NCBI GenBank assembly: GCA_965206395.1 | Contig: CBDBJK010000027.1 | Coordinates: 4,388 to 68,387 of the forward strand | From: Dehalococcoidia bacterium | Lineage (GTDB): Bacteria; Chloroflexota; Dehalococcoidia; Lucifugimonadales; CATOSD01 | Direction of reading: 5' to 3' | Length of the DNA stretch: 64,000 nt | Part shown: positions 58,874 through 64,000 of the stretch, one piece after another | Layout of the letters: each line of letters starts with the position of its first letter | How positions within the stretch are numbered: position 1 is the first letter of the stretch | The notes under the pieces: model-generated | The model's database searches: none | Seen by the model: only the letters and a program-made list of their open reading frames with translations | Told to the model about the DNA's origin: nothing | Made by a program: the position numbers and the translations under genes

Positions 58874-59407
58874 CTAGCTGTTGTCCGCATATGTGTATAA
58901 GTCGAGCCACATTAGGATATTCTTCCCACCTGAGCCATTTCTAAAGCCACATGCTTTCCAAAACGCTTGTCCGCCTTTGTTATCCTTGTCCACATGCAAT
59001 ATCAACAGCCGCGCACCAATGCTACTCTGACTGACCTCGGCTAAGACCCAATCAAATACTTTTCGACCATATCCTTTGCGATGATGGTCAATATGTACGC
59101 CAAACCGTGCAATCAGTACACTGGGAATCACATCACGGCCCATTTCTGTGATACCAGGACGGCGTACTACTCGTTGTGCATGCTGAACCTCCAGCAATGC
59201 CGCAGCTAAGGTAACATAGCCGACTAGGTTTTGATCGTAGTAGAATAATGTGGTTTTGTTAATGAGCCATTCTTGCTGTTCAAGGGCGTCGTTCACTAGG
59301 AATTCGGTTACAGATTGACCCCACGGTTCGTCACCGCAGTTCATGTCGGAGACATTAGCATCACGGTCTAACTGGCGTACATTCCATAATTTGGGGTCAT
59401 CAATCAT
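58874..59407 (-). CDS. GNAT family N-acetyltransferase, TacT/AtaT-like architecture
   Basis: N-terminal xxCGDE...EFL motif (MNCGDEPWGQSVTEFLVNDALEQQ) and an acetyl-CoA site HHRKGYGRKVF. The layout parallels GNAT toxins of type II TA systems. Confidence 0.7.
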   Translation of the reverse strand: MIDDPKLWNVRQLDRDANVSDMNCGDEPWGQSVTEFLVNDALEQQEWLINKTTLFYYDQNLVGYVTLAAALLEVQHAQRVVRRPGITEMGRDVIPSVLIARFGVHIDHHRKGYGRKVFDWVLAEVSQSSIGARLLILHVDKDNKGGQAFWKACGFRNGSGGKNILMWLDLYTYADNS

Positions 59408-59525
59408 CTTAGTCGCCTCACTATGGCACTGTAGTATTAGCCCTTACGCTCAGATAACATGCAGAGGAAATTACACCACACGGCAGTTATCGTACATGAG
59501 CATGTCGCTTTAATCCATTGGGCTA

Positions 59526-60762
59526 GTGGTCCAACATCATTGAAATGAATACCATGATAGTCATTGTTCCTCTTGGGGGTTCAATCGTAACGTTGAACCG
59601 AGGAGGAACCATGATGTCTACCAAGAAGTACCGTATCAGACTGACTACCGACGAACAACAGGAACTCAACGCCTTGGTCTCACGCGGTCGGGCTGCGGCG
59701 TACAAACAGACCCATGCGCGCATTCTGCTGATGAGCGATGAGTCACGCTCGGACGGGGGAATGAAGGACGCGGACATCACCAGCGCGCTCGGTGTGGGAC
59801 AGTCAACGGTCGAGCGAATACGCAAGCGCTGTGTGGAGGAGGGGGTTGAGTCTGCGCTGAATCGCAAAAAGCAACTGCGTCGGCGTCAAAAGAGACTGGA
59901 CGGCGAAGGTGAAGCACGGTTGATAGCGATGGCCTGCGGGGAACCGCCGGAGGGGCGTGCCAGTTGGACCCTGAAGCTGTTGGCTGACCAGTTGGTCGAG
60001 TGTGAGATAGTCGGGACCATTAGCACCGAGACGGTTCGCCAGGCGCTTAAAAAAAAACGAACTGAAGCCGTGGCTGAAGCAGAGTTGGTGCATCCCGCCC
60101 GGTCAGAGCGCGGAGTTTGTGTGCGCGATGGAAGACGTACTGGAGGTCTACCAACGGCCGTACGATGGGAATGAGGTTCTGGTGTGCATGGATGAGACGA
60201 GCAAACAGCAAGTCAAGGAGACGCGAGTGCCGCGTCCCGCAGCGCCCGGCTTATCGGCGGCATACGACTACGAATACGAGCGCAATGGAGTGAGCAGCCT
60301 GTTCATGCTGTTTGCACCGTTGGACGGATGGCGCCGAGTCGAGGTCAGAGAGCGTCGCACGAAGGTGGACTGGGCGCATGTGATAAAGAAACTGGTCGAC
60401 GAGGACTACCCTGACAGAGACCGGATCGTGCTGGTAATGGACAATCTCAACACTCACAAGCTGTCCTCGCTATACGAGGCATTCGAGCCTGCTGAGGCGA
60501 GGCGTATAGCTGAGCGACTGGAGATACACTACACTCCCAAACACGGGAGTTGGTTGAATATGGCGGAGATAGAGATCGGTGTGCTGGCTCGACAGTGCCT
60601 GGACCGACGGATTGCCAATCAAGACATCCTGCGCGGCGAGGTCAATGCTTGGCAGAATCAACGCAACCGGGATGTGATACGAGTGGATTGGCGCTTCACT
60701 ACTGAGGATGCGCGCATCAAGCTAAAGTCACTCTACCCATCAATACAAAAACGTTGAACCAC
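59526..60762 (+). mobile_element. IS630 family insertion sequence, copy 2 (1237 bp)
   Basis: Same ends and TA-in-CTAG flanks as copy 1. It lacks the 12-bp duplication. Confidence 0.9.
59611..60757 (+). CDS. IS630 family transposase, two frames joined at the A9 run (60049-60057)
   Basis: Same as copy 1 apart from the MEDV duplication and one synonymous SNP. Confidence 0.8.
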
Positions 60763-60943
60763 TAGGGGGCGATTAACAAATAAATAACTTCTACCCAAGC
60801 CAGACGCCGCAGTATGCTAGTTCGCGGCCTAATGCTATGAGTATTACGGGTTCAGCTTTCATTCTGGACATGGCCTCACTCCTCACGTATCCTAGTGGTC
60901 ATTGGCTGTGGCAACATAAATAACAGAAAAGGAGGACAGAGAA

Positions 60944-61996
60944 TTGGCAAATTCCAAGGTGGTGACTCAGAAGCCTGCCGGTGTCACCTTCGACATGGCG
61001 GGCGGCTCCTACGAGCTTGAGATGGAGTCTCTCGCTCCTATTGACGCAGAGATCATTGAAATCCCCGCGAACACCGAGGACGAGTTTATAGAGGCGGCGC
61101 GAGACGCGGATGCTATCATCGCAAGAGGACGCCCAATTACCGAAAAAATCATTAATGGCCTGGAAAACTGCAAGATCATAGCTCTCGGTAGCGTTGGCGC
61201 GGACGCGGTAGACGTGGCCGCCGCGACCCAACGCAACATTCCGGTGACCAACGTGCCGGACGTGTTTATCGAAGAGGTCGCCGACCACACGATGATGCTG
61301 ATGCTGGCATCATTCCGTCGCCTCACCATTATGAATAGCATGGTAAAAGAGAATCGCTGGAGCGAGGGACGGCCTCTGCTGGCCCAACTTCCAAGGCTCA
61401 TGGGCCAGACGCTAGGTTTTGTCTCCTTCGGACACGTTGCCAGAGCTACGGCAATACGGGCGCGGGCTTTCGGCGTTCGTATGCTTGCTTACGATCCCTA
61501 CATCGAGGAGCTAATGATGACCGATTACGGCGTAGAGCCTGTCGGACTCACCGAGCTTCTCGAACGCTCCGATATAGTCTCGATGCACGCGCCATCGACG
61601 CAGGAAGTCCATCACATGCTTACCGATGAGCACTTCAGGCTAATGAAGCCGACCGCCATCTTCATCAACAATGGTCGGGGGCCGACTGTGGACGAGGAGG
61701 CGCTAATCAGAGCTTTGCAAGATGGGTTGATAGCGGGCGCGGGCCTTGATGTGCTTGAGCAGGAGCCGCCCGACCCAGAAAATCCACTGTTGCATATGGA
61801 GAACGTGATACTGACGCCGCACGTCGCATCGGCATCGGCAAGAATGGGGCCTGAGACACGCAGACGGGTAGGGCAAGAGATCGCGTTGGCCCTCAGCGGA
61901 CGCTGGCCCAGAACGTGCGTCAATCCCTCAGTGCTGGAAAAGACCGATCTCAAACGCTGGCAGCCTTACTCCATGGGCAGAGGCCCCGGTTCGTAG
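60944..61996 (+). CDS. D-isomer-specific 2-hydroxyacid dehydrogenase (CtBP/PGDH-like)
   Basis: NAD motif GFVSFGHVARA, with catalytic R...E...H context (NNGRGPTVDE, TPHVASAS). TTG start after AAGGAGGA. Confidence 0.85.
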   Translation: MANSKVVTQKPAGVTFDMAGGSYELEMESLAPIDAEIIEIPANTEDEFIEAARDADAIIARGRPITEKIINGLENCKIIALGSVGADAVDVAAATQRNIPVTNVPDVFIEEVADHTMMLMLASFRRLTIMNSMVKENRWSEGRPLLAQLPRLMGQTLGFVSFGHVARATAIRARAFGVRMLAYDPYIEELMMTDYGVEPVGLTELLERSDIVSMHAPSTQEVHHMLTDEHFRLMKPTAIFINNGRGPTVDEEALIRALQDGLIAGAGLDVLEQEPPDPENPLLHMENVILTPHVASASARMGPETRRRVGQEIALALSGRWPRTCVNPSVLEKTDLKRWQPYSMGRGPGS

Positions 61997-62039
61997 CATC
62001 TCTGAATGGCTCGTTCAGGGGAAACTCAGGACATGGTTC

Positions 62040-63395
62040 TCACGGCACACCGGCAGCAGCGGGAGCATGACGCGGCGGCTTCGCCAACAGCATGATGACG
62101 ACAGTCGCCGCGCCGAATGTTGCGAAGGTGAGAAGGGCTATCTGATAGCTTCCCGTAGCATCGAAAACCACGCCGGATAGCAACACTCCGAATGCTTGAC
62201 CGAGCGAGGCGAAAGGCTCGGTAACGCCGCGAATAGCGCCGAGAGAGCGGCGACCAAAGTAGTCGGCGAAGGCCACCGGCGGGACGACCAGTATTCCTCC
62301 AATCGCCGCGCCGAATAGGGAGGAGTACAATAGCGCTTCTATGGCGGTGTCGGCGGTGAGAAACAGCAGCGATGAAAGAGACATGAATAGCGCGACGGTT
62401 GCGAAAACGTACCGCACCGGAAACCTTTCGATAATCCGGCCCCACATGAGGCTGCCTATGCCTGTGAACACTGCGATGAGACTTAGAGCAGACGCCGCGA
62501 CTGTCGCGCTGAGGCCTTGATCCCTGAAGTATGCCGCGATGTGGACGTTTGTTCCGGCTTGAATCATAAACACAAAGCCTGCCGCAAGCGCAAGAAGCCA
62601 GAGTGAAGGCGTGCGCATGGCCTCGCTTAACGTCCATACCGGCTCTAAATTAGTTGTCCTTGCAGAAGGCGTGCCCACATCGTCAGCCGTGTCTCCGTCT
62701 GGCCTCAGACCTATGTCTTCAGGACGCCGCACGATGAGAAGGGATGCCGGAGCCAGAGCAGCTACCCAAACGAAAAGACCAAGGAATATCCAGGCGTCTT
62801 GCCACCCGCGCGCCTGTATGACGATGCCTGCCATTAATGGAAACAGCACCATTCCAGCCGAGTGAGAAAGGAACAGGAAACCTGTGGCTCTGCCTCGTTT
62901 CTTTATGAACCATTGCGAAACCGCTACCGATGAGCCTATCTTGACAGGGCTGGAGAACATGAGACGGCCCGTGCCGAAAGCAAGATAGAACGCTATTGGG
63001 ACAGTCGCCCAGGAAACCGATATGATGGATAGGCCAAGTACGAAGATACTTACGCTGAGCACAATTCGGACGCCGTAACGGTCTATCAACCAGCCAACGA
63101 GGGGAGAAGCGAGCGAGGCCATCAGACCGCCCATACTGGCCGCGCCCGCGATCAGCGTGCGGCTCCATCCCAGTTCTTGGGACATGGGATACATGAAGGC
63201 TGATATGGTAAGGCTGGCAGCCGCATTCGACGAGAACTGGGATGAACTGGCCGCGAATAGAACGACCCAACCATAGAAAAACGGCGTCCTTCTTGCCAGT
63301 CGGGAAGCGATATGCAAAGCTGGTGTCTCCCTGCCTTTGGTTGGATTCCCTGATGGGCTTGAACAAGCCGCCAAAGTCGATGGCGATGCTATCAC
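62040..63395 (-). CDS. MFS transporter
   Basis: About 12 predicted TM helices, with an MFS loop 2-3 motif (GWLIDRYGVR). The start is uncertain. Confidence 0.8.
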   Translation of the reverse strand: MIASPSTLAACSSPSGNPTKGRETPALHIASRLARRTPFFYGWVVLFAASSSQFSSNAAASLTISAFMYPMSQELGWSRTLIAGAASMGGLMASLASPLVGWLIDRYGVRIVLSVSIFVLGLSIISVSWATVPIAFYLAFGTGRLMFSSPVKIGSSVAVSQWFIKKRGRATGFLFLSHSAGMVLFPLMAGIVIQARGWQDAWIFLGLFVWVAALAPASLLIVRRPEDIGLRPDGDTADDVGTPSARTTNLEPVWTLSEAMRTPSLWLLALAAGFVFMIQAGTNVHIAAYFRDQGLSATVAASALSLIAVFTGIGSLMWGRIIERFPVRYVFATVALFMSLSSLLFLTADTAIEALLYSSLFGAAIGGILVVPPVAFADYFGRRSLGAIRGVTEPFASLGQAFGVLLSGVVFDATGSYQIALLTFATFGAATVVIMLLAKPPRHAPAAAGVP

Positions 63396-63459
63396 CGACG
63401 ACGACAGCAGTCAACAATATCGTGTCGCTGACCTTAGTCGAAAACACAGGAGAATTGCG

Positions 63460-63879
63460 GTGGACTCAAGAATACTTGAACAACTCATCGGCGAACTGGT
63501 TGTGACCAACGACATGCTGGTAGTAATCGACTCTGGAGGAGCGGTTGCCGAGATGCACGCCAGAGGACTAGCGAAGCCGGATTTCGAGGACGGCTGGGCG
63601 ATTGTGGAGGCCGAGGGCTGGCACGTTCATCTGAATATGAAGACGGTAGATGAGGCACAGTTCGTGGAGGCTGAGGACAGCTACCACGACTTTCCCAAAC
63701 TTTACTATGTTCGGTTATCGGACGCGCAGGGTAACACCCTCATCAGGTTCTATTTCCCCAATCCCTGGCTTGACGAGAACGAGAAGCGCACTGAATTTCA
63801 GCCCGAACGTCTTAAATTCTTCGAGGATTTCCGAGACCGCTACGTGGGCGAGGGCCGAATCGTGTTCGTGCAGCGTTAA
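63460..63879 (+). CDS. Hypothetical protein
   Basis: GTG 63460 is preceded by AGGAGA. The track start at 63337 overlaps the divergent MFS gene. No motif recognised. Confidence 0.45.
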   Translation: MDSRILEQLIGELVVTNDMLVVIDSGGAVAEMHARGLAKPDFEDGWAIVEAEGWHVHLNMKTVDEAQFVEAEDSYHDFPKLYYVRLSDAQGNTLIRFYFPNPWLDENEKRTEFQPERLKFFEDFRDRYVGEGRIVFVQR

Positions 63880-64000
63880 GCCAGCTTCATTACCCTGCGG
63901 GATATCCAGGATGCCAACTGCCGCGAGAGGCCCACGAGTCGCGCATACGAGACTTGTATCGCAGTGCGGCAGGTGTTAAAATCGGGCCTGTTGTTATTGG

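Overview
This is a 64-kb bacterial chromosomal segment. The gene content suggests a Chloroflexota (SAR202/Dehalococcoidia-like) genome: many F420/LLM-type oxidoreductases, a CaiB-type CoA-transferase, amidohydrolases, MetE-like paralogues, Rex, and an atpBEFHAGDC operon. That placement is inference only. Layout: (i) 1-7.5 kb holds a complete F1Fo ATP synthase operon. Its intergenic spacers are colonised by a hairpin (REP-like) repeat family and by one IS-end-derived MITE. (ii) 7.5-30.2 kb holds rex, a P1/DmpA peptidase, a PanG-like gene plus panB, and two catabolic-looking enzyme clusters. (iii) 30.2-60.8 kb is an IS-rich accessory region bracketed by two near-identical IS630 copies. It contains a third enzyme cluster, two identical-length IS427-like (IS5 family) copies, one decayed IS5-family element, one IS5, one IS481/ISNCY-like element, a tRNA-Met/Val/Ile cluster, a P4-type integrase and a TacT-like GNAT gene. 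(iv) 60.9-64 kb holds a 2-hydroxyacid dehydrogenase, an MFS transporter and a hypothetical gene. The most interesting locus is a co-oriented cluster at 41.9-52.0 kb. It encodes an RHH protein, a membrane Ser/Thr kinase with a WNK-like lysine arrangement, a TelA-like protein, a TelA relic and three membrane vWA proteins with intact MIDAS motifs. It resembles Ter/TerY-kinase neighbourhoods but lacks a phosphatase and other Ter genes. It is visibly decaying: the kinase is split by an IS, the second telA is truncated, and the first vWA gene has a 1-nt frameshift at codon 3. No rRNA or CRISPR array was seen. All homology calls come from reading the translated ORFs by eye; no database search was run.
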